Origin: a virus
Taxonomy: Duplodnaviria > Caudoviricetes
Virus record (IMG/VR): IMGVR_UViG_3300044452_000303
Location: 1 to 33,243 of that record
DNA: 33,243 bases
Reading direction: 5' to 3' (one strand)
Position numbers and translations under genes: made by a program. Numbering within the stretch: the stretch's first letter is position 1; every line of letters begins with the position of its first letter. The notes under the pieces were generated by a model. That model saw nothing but the letters and a program-made list of their open reading frames with translations, did not search any database and was not told the DNA's origin. Below are positions 1 to 8,567 of the stretch, piece after piece.

Positions 1-219
1 TCAGCCATCGGTGCGCACCACGGTATACATGCAACGGTACTTGTACATCACGTCAAAGCAGGGATGGTAGAGCGTGTCAATGCGGACCACTGGGCTTTCG
101 TAGCCCTCGTACTCGATCGGTGCCGAGTCACACCCCACCAGTAGTGCCAGTAGCCACATGATGGCCACCATGGCCAGTAGGCCGACTATCCGATGGAAAA
201 ACTGAATGAATCGCTGCAT
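1..219 (-). CDS. Small putative lipoprotein
   Basis: Hydrophobic N-terminus ending in a lipobox-like LVG-C; continues the tightly packed leftward operon. Confidence 0.5.
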   Translation of the reverse strand: MQRFIQFFHRIVGLLAMVAIMWLLALLVGCDSAPIEYEGYESPVVRIDTLYHPCFDVMYKYRCMYTVVRTDG

Positions 220-602
220 GGTGCCTCCATGGTTGTGATGCCTACGGACAGCGAAATGCGGTCCAGCGGCGGAACAGTTGATGACTCAAAGAGCTGAGTG
301 GCGACCTGGTCAAATCGTCGTATTCGAGCGCTGTAGGATCCATTCACATCCAGCTCGTTGTTGACGGACCGGATCTGTGTGTAAATGGAGGTGCGGTGCC
401 GATCAACGACGACGCCGATCTGGGAGTGCGTCAGATCACACCGGGTATGAAGCCACCACGAGAGTGTTGATCGGGCCATACTGGCGTTCTCCCCATGGCG
501 TCGACACCTGATTTCGTCCGGCGTAACCCCGAACACAGTTTCTGCAGCCCACTCGGCGCGCTTGGCAGCCCAGTATGCCCTGTATGTCGCGTTGTCGATC
601 AT
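186..602 (-). CDS. DnaA C-terminal (domain IV)-like HTH protein
   Basis: AETVFGVTPDEIRCRR...ARSTLSWWLHTRCDLTHSQIGVVVDRHRTSIY parallels the Bac_DnaA_C pattern (VAxxFGxxxxDLxSxxR...ARQxAMYL...SLxxIGxxFxRDHTTV). 4-bp overlap with the upstream gene. Confidence 0.75.
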   Translation of the reverse strand: MIDNATYRAYWAAKRAEWAAETVFGVTPDEIRCRRHGENASMARSTLSWWLHTRCDLTHSQIGVVVDRHRTSIYTQIRSVNNELDVNGSYSARIRRFDQVATQLFESSTVPPLDRISLSVGITTMEAPCSDSFSFSIG

Positions 603-1447
603 CTCGAAGCCGCCCGTGCAGCTGCACGCTTGTTTTCCTGATAGGCTTTTGCCGTGCTCTTGTCACCGGCCAGAACTATCGTCCTCGTACCCTCTGTAAT
701 GGTCACGATCTCGTCCTTGTCGGACTCCTTGGCGAAGGGGTCTGGCTCCCAATCGTGGACACACTGCCAGCCCCCACAGTTGGTCAGGACGGGCTCCTTG
801 TTGCCGTTTTTAAGCTGCCGGATAGTGTCCACGTGGTGCGTGCTCCCGGCCATCGTGCGGCAGAATGCGCGCGTGACGCCCCGCACGTTGCCCACATATT
901 GATAGTAGAAGACCTCGGCGATCCGGGCCTTCTCGACCTTGGCCACGCGGGAGACTACACGGACTTGCGTCTTGGCGATGGCCTCCGCGTAGAATGCCGT
1001 CTTTTCACTGATTCCGGCGATGGCCTTTTCCAGATCATCCAGGGACTGCCCGGTCGTGACGGCCTTCCTGACGGCGTTCTGGATCTTGATGGCCGCGTCC
1101 TCTTCGTAGTCCCCGAACTGCTGGGCGTTCGCCTGCTCGATGGCATAGATGGCCGTGAAGTTGCGCGTGATATCATCGCCCAGGTCGGAATAGAGCTTGT
1201 TCACGGAATCGATGGCCGAGAACTGGCGCCCGAAAGCCTTGTCCACGTACGGCTCCATTTCACGGGCCATCAGCGTTCGCGCGAAACCCCGGATGTCCTC
1301 CGCAGCCGTCTTGGTGACCCCGGTCCTGGACAGATAGTCCATCACCTTGGCGCGCACTACCTCCAGCTGCTCTTCTGCCGAAAGGTCGCGGGTCAGGCGG
1401 TTCATCCGCTGCCGGAAGGATTGATATCTGGCGTCATCAACCGGCAT
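599..1447 (-). CDS. Mu gpF / SPP1 gp7-family minor head protein
   Basis: C-terminal YQYVG...TRAFC...G...GGWQCVH Cys/His motif typical of Phage_Mu_F. Confidence 0.75.
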   Translation of the reverse strand: MPVDDARYQSFRQRMNRLTRDLSAEEQLEVVRAKVMDYLSRTGVTKTAAEDIRGFARTLMAREMEPYVDKAFGRQFSAIDSVNKLYSDLGDDITRNFTAIYAIEQANAQQFGDYEEDAAIKIQNAVRKAVTTGQSLDDLEKAIAGISEKTAFYAEAIAKTQVRVVSRVAKVEKARIAEVFYYQYVGNVRGVTRAFCRTMAGSTHHVDTIRQLKNGNKEPVLTNCGGWQCVHDWEPDPFAKESDKDEIVTITEGTRTIVLAGDKSTAKAYQENKRAAARAASR

Positions 1448-1646
1448 CGAACATTTCCCCCTGGGTCAGCACGCGCATGGGCCGTAGGTGCTTTTCTATT
1501 GTGAGGAACCGGTACCCACACTGCAGGCACACGTAGCGCCGGGTGTCGTGATCTCCATAGGACTCCTTTCCGCTCAAATTCTTGAGCGGTTTTTTCATGT
1601 CCTCGGATGGCACGAAGCCTTTGTTTTTGCAGTTGGGGCACTTCAT
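1437..1646 (-). CDS. Zinc-ribbon protein (NrdR N-terminal / Ogr-Delta-like), possible late activator
   Basis: MKCPNC...RRYVCLQCGYRFLTIE, two CxxC pairs. Confidence 0.7.
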   Translation of the reverse strand: MKCPNCKNKGFVPSEDMKKPLKNLSGKESYGDHDTRRYVCLQCGYRFLTIEKHLRPMRVLTQGEMFDAG

Positions 1647-1652
1647 TGGCGA

Positions 1653-2201
1653 CTACCAGCTGACGTCAATTCCGCGAGTGTCCACGTGGCAGAAGGTGTT
1701 GTAGGCATTGATTCCGCCGTGGAAAATGAAGGCGCTGCCCTGGAGCGTGTTGTTGACCTTGAGCAGGTCTGGCCGGAAGGGACCAACCCCCGCCACAACA
1801 TCCATCATCACCGGGCAAGGGAAGGGCATTCCGCGCATTTCATCCAGCATCTTGGCCCACTCTTCAGGGGTGCCTGAAGCGGCGGTAAAGTCGAATGCGC
1901 GGAAGTCCTTGTGGGAGCTGAGCTCCGCACCACCGATGGACTGGTTGTATCCGTCATTCCGAAACCCGGACAGGAGGATTACACGGTCGTTCAGCTTGGC
2001 CCGGAATGCGTCCAGTACCAGCAGGGTCGGAATGCAATTGTAGATGAGGCCGACGGGCGGCATACTGTTCTTCACGCCGCCGGCGCTCGTGGAACTGGTT
2101 TTTACCAGCACCTCATCGACGCCGAAATGCTTGATGCCAGCGGCCTTGATCAGGTTCTTTACCTGTTCGCGGGTGGCGAGTCGTTTGGAGTTGTCAGTCA
2201 T
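1653..2201 (-). CDS. Peptidase M15 (D-Ala-D-Ala Zn peptidase) family, probable endolysin
   Basis: SGFR..YN..IGGA..SSH....AFD and HVDTRG motifs. Start placed at ATG 2201 (ACACC-ATG) because the ORF-track ATG at 2228 lies inside the ribozyme core. Confidence 0.85.
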   Translation of the reverse strand: MTDNSKRLATREQVKNLIKAAGIKHFGVDEVLVKTSSTSAGGVKNSMPPVGLIYNCIPTLLVLDAFRAKLNDRVILLSGFRNDGYNQSIGGAELSSHKDFRAFDFTAASGTPEEWAKMLDEMRGMPFPCPVMMDVVAGVGPFRPDLLKVNNTLQGSAFIFHGGINAYNTFCHVDTRGIDVSW

Positions 2202-2219
2202 GGTGTATCTCGGTTTTCG

Positions 2220-2281
2220 GCTGCTCATCAGGCCCGGACCGCCACGTCTGGACGAGGCCCCGGAGGGCCTTTCGCGGTCAA
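2220..2281 (-). ncRNA. Hammerhead ribozyme, type II (candidate); predicted cleavage between 2254 and 2253
   Basis: Minus-strand RNA: UGACC-GC-GAA-[AGGCCC uccg GGGCCU]-C^[GUCCaGAC guggcg GUCcGGGC]-CUGAUGA-GC. The full core is present (CUGAUGA 2231-2225, GAAA 2273-2270, CUC triplet), with stems I and III closed and a 2-bp open stem II. Confidence 0.8.
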
Positions 2282-2288
2282 GGGGAGA

Positions 2289-2912
2289 TCAGAGTGTGGA
2301 CAGGTCAGTGTTCACGCGCTGTTGCTGGCCCTTTTCATCGCGTTGGTAGATCCGGAGGTATTGGCAGCTGGAGGCGACGCTCTGGCTGTCACGGATGGCG
2401 CGCATGGCTTCCTGCCAGCGCTCATCGTCGATATCGAGCCGCGTCAGGGCGATGATGCGTCCGATGGACAGCCTGCCCTCCTTGTCCGTCTGGAACGCGT
2501 GCTCAACGAGCGCCTTGACGTTGTCATTGGCGTCCTCGGCCCAGCGGTGGATGCATTCGTCGACGATCTTCTTGGCCACCTGAATCCGCTCATCGAAGAC
2601 GATGCGGTCGGCCACCTGGATGCGGATTTCTGCATCGCCGTTGAAGGTGCGAAGGGTGACGTTTCCTTTTGCGCCGCCGACCTCGGTGTTGTATTCGGAA
2701 GCGGCCAGCTCGATGAAATCAGAGATCTCCATCATGGCGTCTTCCTTGGCGGATTTCAGGAGATCCTGCGCCCCGAGGACGCGGTCCAGGATGCCCCGGA
2801 CCAGTTCATCCCGGAGCTTGTCCAGGGGATCAACGAGGTTGACTGGTACCAGGTGGCCCTGGGCGTTTTCGAGGTATCCCTCGGGGACGGGTGTGGCTGT
2901 TTTCTTTGCCAT
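2289..2912 (-). CDS. DUF3164 family protein (Mu-like phage early protein)
   Basis: PEGYLENAQGHLVP...GGAKGNVTLRTFNG...FDERIQVAK...AFQTDKEG...DERWQEAMRAI signature. Start moved to MAKK at 2912. Confidence 0.88.
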   Translation of the reverse strand: MAKKTATPVPEGYLENAQGHLVPVNLVDPLDKLRDELVRGILDRVLGAQDLLKSAKEDAMMEISDFIELAASEYNTEVGGAKGNVTLRTFNGDAEIRIQVADRIVFDERIQVAKKIVDECIHRWAEDANDNVKALVEHAFQTDKEGRLSIGRIIALTRLDIDDERWQEAMRAIRDSQSVASSCQYLRIYQRDEKGQQQRVNTDLSTL

Positions 2913-2923
2913 GTCGGTGTTGT

Positions 2924-3130
2924 TCAGTTGAGTGAAACAGGGTTGTCGAGAATGAAGACTGGTCCACGACTGCGCCATTTGGCGAGGTACTGGAGGTAGG
3001 CGGACTCGTGGCCGTCCGGGTTCTCGATGAAGTGGCGGAACTGGATGCCGAATCGGTGGCATTGCGCCCGCATGAAGCGGAAGGCAATGGCCTCAATCTG
3101 GTCGGGCGTTTCGAAGCGGGGCTTTTTCAT
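2924..3130 (-). CDS. Hypothetical protein
   Basis: Fills the operon gap; ATGA overlap with the upstream gene. Confidence 0.65.
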   Translation of the reverse strand: MKKPRFETPDQIEAIAFRFMRAQCHRFGIQFRHFIENPDGHESAYLQYLAKWRSRGPVFILDNPVSLN

Positions 3131-3456
3131 GAGTGGACCCCCCGATAGGGCTTGGCGCAGCGCGGCATAAAGTCAACCCAACCCGTTTTCCAGGCATGCA
3201 AGCACGTCAGCACCCCGGAAATGTCATGCAGGAAGTCCTCGTCGGAGGATTCCAAGAGCGACTGAAAGTCCAGTTCGAAGCACAGCTCATGAAACAGCAC
3301 GATGTAACCCTGCAGGTCGAGTTGCCTTCGAGACAGGTAGGGCCAGCCCATCACCTGACTTGCCCGGACTCCGATGGAACCCAGCGTGTGCAGTTCGTCG
3401 GACGACAGCTTCAGTAGCGCTTTTCGGACATGCTCAAGGTTGCATACCACGTTCAT
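3127..3456 (-). CDS. Hypothetical phage protein (DUF6874-like)
   Basis: LDFQSLLESSDEDFLHDISG...TG...FMPRCA motif; ATGA overlaps at both ends. Confidence 0.65.
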   Translation of the reverse strand: MNVVCNLEHVRKALLKLSSDELHTLGSIGVRASQVMGWPYLSRRQLDLQGYIVLFHELCFELDFQSLLESSDEDFLHDISGVLTCLHAWKTGWVDFMPRCAKPYRGVHS

Positions 3457-4400
3457 GACGCCATCCTCCGAGCCGATGTCCGCGAAGACATCTGCTCGTT
3501 CAGTGCACCCATGATCCTGTTGACCAGATCAGGGTCCTCGTTGCGGCCATGCTCGATGTCGCTGATCGTCGATCGAGGAATACCGGTCAGGCGATCAACC
3601 TCCTTCAGGGAAAGTCCAAGGAGCTGGCGGAGCTGCCCAGGCGAAGATGCAATCATCGTTTCATCCAGCACCCGCACGCCAGCGGCCTTCATGTCCAGGA
3701 AGAGGTTTTCTATGGCGCTGTCCAGCGCCAGCGGCGTTTCGTATACGGCTGCCAGGCGGGCCTTGGCGGTGTCCGTGATCACGTCGCGGTAGATGGTGTC
3801 CAGGTATTCGATCCTGTCCTGAACGGGCATCCAGGCGCTCTGTCGAAGAGATATCTTCCTGGTCCTCAGGTTGACCTCCCCCATGCCCTCCAGTTTTGGG
3901 CGCACGGACCCGTGCCCGATCAGGATTACCGTGAATAGGAAGGACTGCAGCTTGAAGATGGTGCTCTCACGCATGTCCTTGATGGCCATGAGCGTGTTCT
4001 TGTGCAGCCGGTGCGCGTTGTCGATGATGATGACAACCTGCTGGCCCTCATGGACAACCAGGGAGCCAATGATCCGTGACAGCTGGATAGACCGGGCCGC
4101 AGCAGTTCGCCGGGGCGACTCGTCAGAGAGCGCATATATGGCGTGATCCATGATCGCGCCAATGTTCATTCGCTCCTTGTTCGGGTCTACCACATCCACG
4201 ACGCGAAGCCGGGGAATGCGCTTCAGGGTCTCGCGGACCAGGGTGGTTTTCCCGGTACCGAACTCGCCATCAATACAGAGCAGTCGCCGACTCTCGACGG
4301 CATCAAGAATTTCAGTGGAGTACTTTTCGTGGTCGGCACCCCAGTAAAGGGTGTCGGCACTCAGGCCAAAATGACGGAAAAGTGAACGATCGCGGTTCAT
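3453..4400 (-). CDS. Transposition AAA+ ATPase (MuB/ExeA-like) with C-terminal XRE HTH
   Basis: Walker A GEFGTGKT, Walker B IIIDNAH, and C-terminal LRQLLGLSLKEVDRLTGIPRSTISDIEHG. GGAGG lies upstream of ATG 4400, and the gene follows the transposase. Confidence 0.88.
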   Translation of the reverse strand: MNRDRSLFRHFGLSADTLYWGADHEKYSTEILDAVESRRLLCIDGEFGTGKTTLVRETLKRIPRLRVVDVVDPNKERMNIGAIMDHAIYALSDESPRRTAAARSIQLSRIIGSLVVHEGQQVVIIIDNAHRLHKNTLMAIKDMRESTIFKLQSFLFTVILIGHGSVRPKLEGMGEVNLRTRKISLRQSAWMPVQDRIEYLDTIYRDVITDTAKARLAAVYETPLALDSAIENLFLDMKAAGVRVLDETMIASSPGQLRQLLGLSLKEVDRLTGIPRSTISDIEHGRNEDPDLVNRIMGALNEQMSSRTSARRMAS

Positions 4401-4429
4401 AAAGCCTCCGTTGGAAGGGTTTGAGTCCA

Positions 4430-4458
4430 AGGCCGGGGTGGTACCAGCACCCCGGCCT
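4430..4458. promoter_or_regulatory. 11-bp stem-loop between transposase and ATPase
   Basis: AGGCCGGGGTG-gtaccag-CACCCCGGCCT, perfect inverted repeat. Confidence 0.55.
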
Positions 4459-4479
4459 CTTTCGTGGCCTCAGGTCAGC

Positions 4480-6123
4480 TCATACGGCCAACCTGAGAGT
4501 TTCGTCAGACCCAAGCTGAACAAGACGTTCAGCCAGTGCCCGAATTTCGATAGTGGTCATTTCGTTGTGGAGGTTTCCGGCCTGCTGGCAATGGTCCAGC
4601 AAGTCGATAATCTGTGATTCGCTTTCGAAGACATCTTCAGATCGGAGAATGCGGCCAAGCTCTCCACGAGCCTCCAGGAGCGACACCCGATCTCCGGTAT
4701 CACTGGCATGGGTTACCGTCGGAGTCGTAGGCGAACCGATCTTCTTCCGCTCCTGACGGCGATCGATGGCCATGACCTTCTGCGCCTTCTTGACCCTGTC
4801 CTTGATGGAGTCAACAACAGGAAGCGGGGCCGTCTTCTCGAACTCGCCGTAAGCCTCATACTCGAACGGCTTCAGCTCAAGGATTCCACCCCGGTTGTCA
4901 TTGATGACCTCGCACACCCAGCCGCCATTCAGCGTCCGGTAAACGCGCGCAAGCTTCCCGAGGGCCCATGTCGCATGATTCGGAATCTGCAGGCGGAAAT
5001 TGTTCAGGCGGATGATGCCCGTCTTGCTGTCAATACTGCGCTCCCAGTTGCTGAATGCGACCGAGGACATTTCCACGTCGATGAGGGGCTGAGGATGCTC
5101 ACGGATGGACTGCATGTACACCTCGGCATTTGTCATGTCCAGGTGGAACGTATTCCGCTTGCCCTGTCGTTCAATACACCACTGGTGTGCGAGGCGCTGG
5201 ACCTCCGATAGCAGGATGTAGCTGCCCTCGCCATGCTTTCTTGCAATTCTGGTCGCCAGATCAAGCTCGAACGTCTGCCAAAGGCTCCGGAAGTTCCTCT
5301 CGATCATACCGCCGGACTCCTTGGCCCCTGGGCTCGACATGTGCCACTCCGTCCCTATGTGCTGCAATAAATCCTGTGTGATCCGGCTCTTAAGGAAAAC
5401 ACCCTGGTCTGCCTGAATGAGCTCTGGGCGATGACGGAGGAGGAGGGCATCGTCAGGACGATTGAAAAGACGGTCCAGCATCTGGATACCCATGGCAACG
5501 GTTTCGCCTGCCGCAGGTGTGTACATCAAGAGCGGAATACGCGTGAGCATGTCCATTATGCAGGCTACCCACAACCGCTTTCCAATGCGCCCGGCCTTGG
5601 CGTCCTGGTCTCTCTCGAATTTGGACGTAACCCGCACGACCCAGTCGTCGGAATCACCACCTACAGGCCGAATGGTCTGGAAGCACTCAGAGCGCGATGC
5701 GTCGTACAGCATGACCTGACACGCCCGATCAGGCTTCATGAGCTTGAACATCTTGCCGTCCCGATAGCCGTTCTCCGCCAAAGCGCGGTTTACGCCACTG
5801 GCGCTGATTTCGGATGCCCATTGATAGCCTTCATCCTTCAGGATGTCCAGGCATCGGCTTGTTGAAAGCTCTGTCTTTCCACCTCGGAAAAGGAAGCCTT
5901 GTTGCTTTACCTCCCAGATCATATCCAGCATGTCCGGCATGATTTTCTGGGGTTCTGATTGTCGCGTGCGCTTCCTGCCGGTAGCCCGCTGGATTTTACG
6001 CCGGAGCGTGGCCGGGCTCACCCCGAATGCGGTGGCGAATTCTTCAACGACCCGCCCCTTCTCCCCGTGCGGAGCCCGGTCTATCATTTCTGCTACTTCA
6101 CGCAAATCAGAATCGTATCTCAT
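4480..6123 (-). CDS. MuA-like DDE transposase
   Basis: N-terminal HTH (FGVSPATLRRKI) and an RNase H-fold core: MLYDAS, CIMDMLTR, IQADQG, PGAKESGGMIERNF. Confidence 0.9.
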   Translation of the reverse strand: MRYDSDLREVAEMIDRAPHGEKGRVVEEFATAFGVSPATLRRKIQRATGRKRTRQSEPQKIMPDMLDMIWEVKQQGFLFRGGKTELSTSRCLDILKDEGYQWASEISASGVNRALAENGYRDGKMFKLMKPDRACQVMLYDASRSECFQTIRPVGGDSDDWVVRVTSKFERDQDAKAGRIGKRLWVACIMDMLTRIPLLMYTPAAGETVAMGIQMLDRLFNRPDDALLLRHRPELIQADQGVFLKSRITQDLLQHIGTEWHMSSPGAKESGGMIERNFRSLWQTFELDLATRIARKHGEGSYILLSEVQRLAHQWCIERQGKRNTFHLDMTNAEVYMQSIREHPQPLIDVEMSSVAFSNWERSIDSKTGIIRLNNFRLQIPNHATWALGKLARVYRTLNGGWVCEVINDNRGGILELKPFEYEAYGEFEKTAPLPVVDSIKDRVKKAQKVMAIDRRQERKKIGSPTTPTVTHASDTGDRVSLLEARGELGRILRSEDVFESESQIIDLLDHCQQAGNLHNEMTTIEIRALAERLVQLGSDETLRLAV

Positions 6124-6131
6124 GGAATGCT

Positions 6132-6644
6132 CTATTGGGGATCGGATGTAGACTTCAACATCCGCTCCAGTCCCAGAATTACTTTGCTGGCGCGTGCAAC
6201 GCTCAGCATTTCGACCGTGGCCCTGCTCCCTATTTGCCTCTCAATGAAACCCAGCAACCGGTCCGGATTGGTGGCCCATCCCAGATCGTCCTCAAGGCGG
6301 CTAATCCTGTCTGCCTGTGCCTGCGTAAGCCAAGTGCCCACCTGCTTCGATCCGCGCCCTGAATACCGGCTCTCACGGCGGTTCGTCTGGCTACGGTTGT
6401 CGCCGGACCAGCCGTGCCGCTCTTTGAGGATGGATATCAACCGGCGACGGCCAACCCCATCCAGGCGTGCAGAAGACGGGCGCTCGGTGTCGTATTCCAG
6501 CCCCCGGTCAATCAACACGGATTCCACGGTAAGTCGGTATGACGACTCATTGAGCCGACCCTCTTTCACCAGGTCGTTCTTGGCGACGTGGATCAAAGCA
6601 AGCTCCTTCCGGCGGGTGTTCGATATTTTCGAGGAGACAGGCAC
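6132..6644 (-). CDS. Mu gp16/GemA-like regulator (DUF1018)
   Basis: LALIHVAK..L......YR, SSARL, and LLGFIERQ...LS...ASKVILGLERM motifs. Confidence 0.85.
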   Translation of the reverse strand: MPVSSKISNTRRKELALIHVAKNDLVKEGRLNESSYRLTVESVLIDRGLEYDTERPSSARLDGVGRRRLISILKERHGWSGDNRSQTNRRESRYSGRGSKQVGTWLTQAQADRISRLEDDLGWATNPDRLLGFIERQIGSRATVEMLSVARASKVILGLERMLKSTSDPQ

Positions 6645-7684
6645 TAGATGTCGCCTTCTTCGTCCATGTGAACAAGAGTGATCTCGTCGGCTGCCCGGTC
6701 CATTTCTGCCGACATACGCATTTCACCGATCGGGTCGACGGCTGACTCGTTGGCCTCCACGAGATCGATGTACTTCCAGTAGCTACCCTCCACGACTCTC
6801 CGGAGGCGAACCAGAATCCGAGCAACCTCTTCCTCCATTCCTTTGGGCACGTTTTCCGGGTCAGGTAAATTCCCAATCACCTTTCGGATTTCATGCGTGA
6901 GGCGCGTCGCCTCATCGATTCGGATCTGGATCTCGGAGTGGAGGTTGTCCTCCTTGATTGTCCGGGCCTTCAGGCGGCGCAGCTCTTCGGCGGCACCAGC
7001 GTTCTCCTTGCCCTCGGCCTCGGCCAACTTCAGCTTTTCCTCCAGTACGGCGATCCGCTCCTTCTTTTTTTCAATCTCCTCCGCCAGTGCTCGCTGCGCC
7101 TCCCGAGCCTGCTTAAGCTGGGTGCGGGGCGTTTCGTTGATGTTGTCCAGCGAGACCTCCGACCCGTCGGGAAGAGGAATGCTTTCGCCCAGGATGACGC
7201 GACGCGCATCTTCTTCGCCCATCTGTGACAGGTCGTAGAGCTTCGTCATTTGCACTCTACGGAGGGTATCCCATTCAGCGGACCCATCCGTTACACTTTC
7301 GATTGAGTGTCCAACGGTCTCCAGGGTGGAATCAATCATCTCCGCCACCTTCAGGGCCCTGGAGCACTTGGACGGATTGTATCCCAGGTGGTGCTGGGCG
7401 TAGTCACCGATGTTGCTGAACCCTGCGGCTACGTAGGCGCGGTTCTTCTTGACCCAATACAGGTCAACCGCCTGAATTAGCGCTGCGGCCTGCATCCTGT
7501 TATGACGAAGCATGAACTGATCCAGAACATCTGCAGATAGACTTACGACAGACTTGGATTCTTCATCATAGCCGCTTTCCAGGAGGGAAATACTGGCCGG
7601 TTTCGACGAGTGTGCCGTTTGCACTGGTGCAAGATTGGATTGCAAATCGCCGTTTTCGATCAATTGGGGGGTATCTGTGGCCAT
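6644..7684 (-). CDS. HTH + coiled-coil early protein (DUF3102-like)
   Basis: GFSNIGDYAQHHLGYNPSKCSRALKVA helix-turn-helix-like segment followed by a long coiled coil. Confidence 0.7.
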   Translation of the reverse strand: MATDTPQLIENGDLQSNLAPVQTAHSSKPASISLLESGYDEESKSVVSLSADVLDQFMLRHNRMQAAALIQAVDLYWVKKNRAYVAAGFSNIGDYAQHHLGYNPSKCSRALKVAEMIDSTLETVGHSIESVTDGSAEWDTLRRVQMTKLYDLSQMGEEDARRVILGESIPLPDGSEVSLDNINETPRTQLKQAREAQRALAEEIEKKKERIAVLEEKLKLAEAEGKENAGAAEELRRLKARTIKEDNLHSEIQIRIDEATRLTHEIRKVIGNLPDPENVPKGMEEEVARILVRLRRVVEGSYWKYIDLVEANESAVDPIGEMRMSAEMDRAADEITLVHMDEEGDI

Positions 7685-7685
7685 G

Positions 7686-7964
7686 TCAAGCTGCCTCTGC
7701 TTTTCGGTTGAAGAACTCGGAGATGTACTGCCTGGAAAAACCGTAGCAGTAAGCGATGTGGGATAACGAGTGGCCCTGCTCGTGCATCAGTGCCCAGAAC
7801 CGCCACTCGTCCTGCGTGCCCACATAGGACCGCGATTGGGCCTGAACACCAGAGGCCTTCAGGACTCTGCGAACGGTCTTGATAGACACGCGGAGCCGGT
7901 GGGCGATAACGACCACGGGACAATCGTGCTGGGCCATGGCTACGATGCGGTCGTGGTCAATCAT
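7686..7964 (-). CDS. Tandem HTH protein
   Basis: IAHRLRVSIKTVRRVL and SLSHIAYCYGFSRQYISE. The start is uncertain (7964, 7973 or 7985). Confidence 0.7.
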   Translation of the reverse strand: MIDHDRIVAMAQHDCPVVVIAHRLRVSIKTVRRVLKASGVQAQSRSYVGTQDEWRFWALMHEQGHSLSHIAYCYGFSRQYISEFFNRKAEAA

Positions 7965-8355
7965 TTTTGGCATCTCGAACCTCAATGAGACCAGTAGCCA
8001 AGGATTCCAGCCCGGAAATAGACTCTTGGACTGCGCTTTCCATGACGGCGCAACGAACGCAGGGGATCACGCTGAATCGCCTGAGGGTCGACAAACCCAG
8101 TCTTCGGCCAAACTGGTACCAAGAAGAAAGAAGAACCTCTGCATTCCTGATATCGGGGCCGTACACATCTGCCGGGGCGTAGGTGCACCGAAATTGAGGA
8201 TAGGGCTCTTCGTTGGGGTTCATTGTGAAGTGAACCCCGTCGATGATCGCGGTTACAGATTCCGTGCGCGCAGGGTTGATCCGCCTATCACCGGGTCGAC
8301 TAGATGGACTCATGGTGCCGTCCACCTGTCTCTGGATATCGCCTTCCGTAATCAT
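7957..8355 (-). CDS. Hypothetical protein
   Basis: Overlaps both neighbours in the operon; no recognisable motif. Confidence 0.55.
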   Translation of the reverse strand: MITEGDIQRQVDGTMSPSSRPGDRRINPARTESVTAIIDGVHFTMNPNEEPYPQFRCTYAPADVYGPDIRNAEVLLSSWYQFGRRLGLSTLRRFSVIPCVRCAVMESAVQESISGLESLATGLIEVRDAKND

Positions 8356-8567
8356 GCTGCCTCCTCGTAATGGTCCGCGTGTGACTTGATCTTGTTGAGA
8401 TTCTCCGCAATGAACCGGTCTATCTCTTGGCTGACCCTCTTGCTCGTTCGCTCTCCAGCCGCAACCATCATCGGGAAGCGCCGAGTAACTCCTATTTGGC
8501 TGGCAAATTCCTCTTGGGAAATACCCGCGGCCCTAAAGCAAACTGAGAGCATTTGCGCCTTGTCCAT
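8352..8567 (-). CDS. Cro/Ner-like HTH regulator
   Basis: AGISQEEFASQIGVTRR HTH, 71 aa, divergent from the repressor. Confidence 0.82.
   Translation of the reverse strand: MDKAQMLSVCFRAAGISQEEFASQIGVTRRFPMMVAAGERTSKRVSQEIDRFIAENLNKIKSHADHYEEAA

Noticed and set aside
3453-6123. Transposase plus ATPase as a Tn7/CAST-like element
   Set aside because: No TniQ/TnsD, Cas genes or CRISPR array is visible, and the pair is embedded among Mu-type phage genes.
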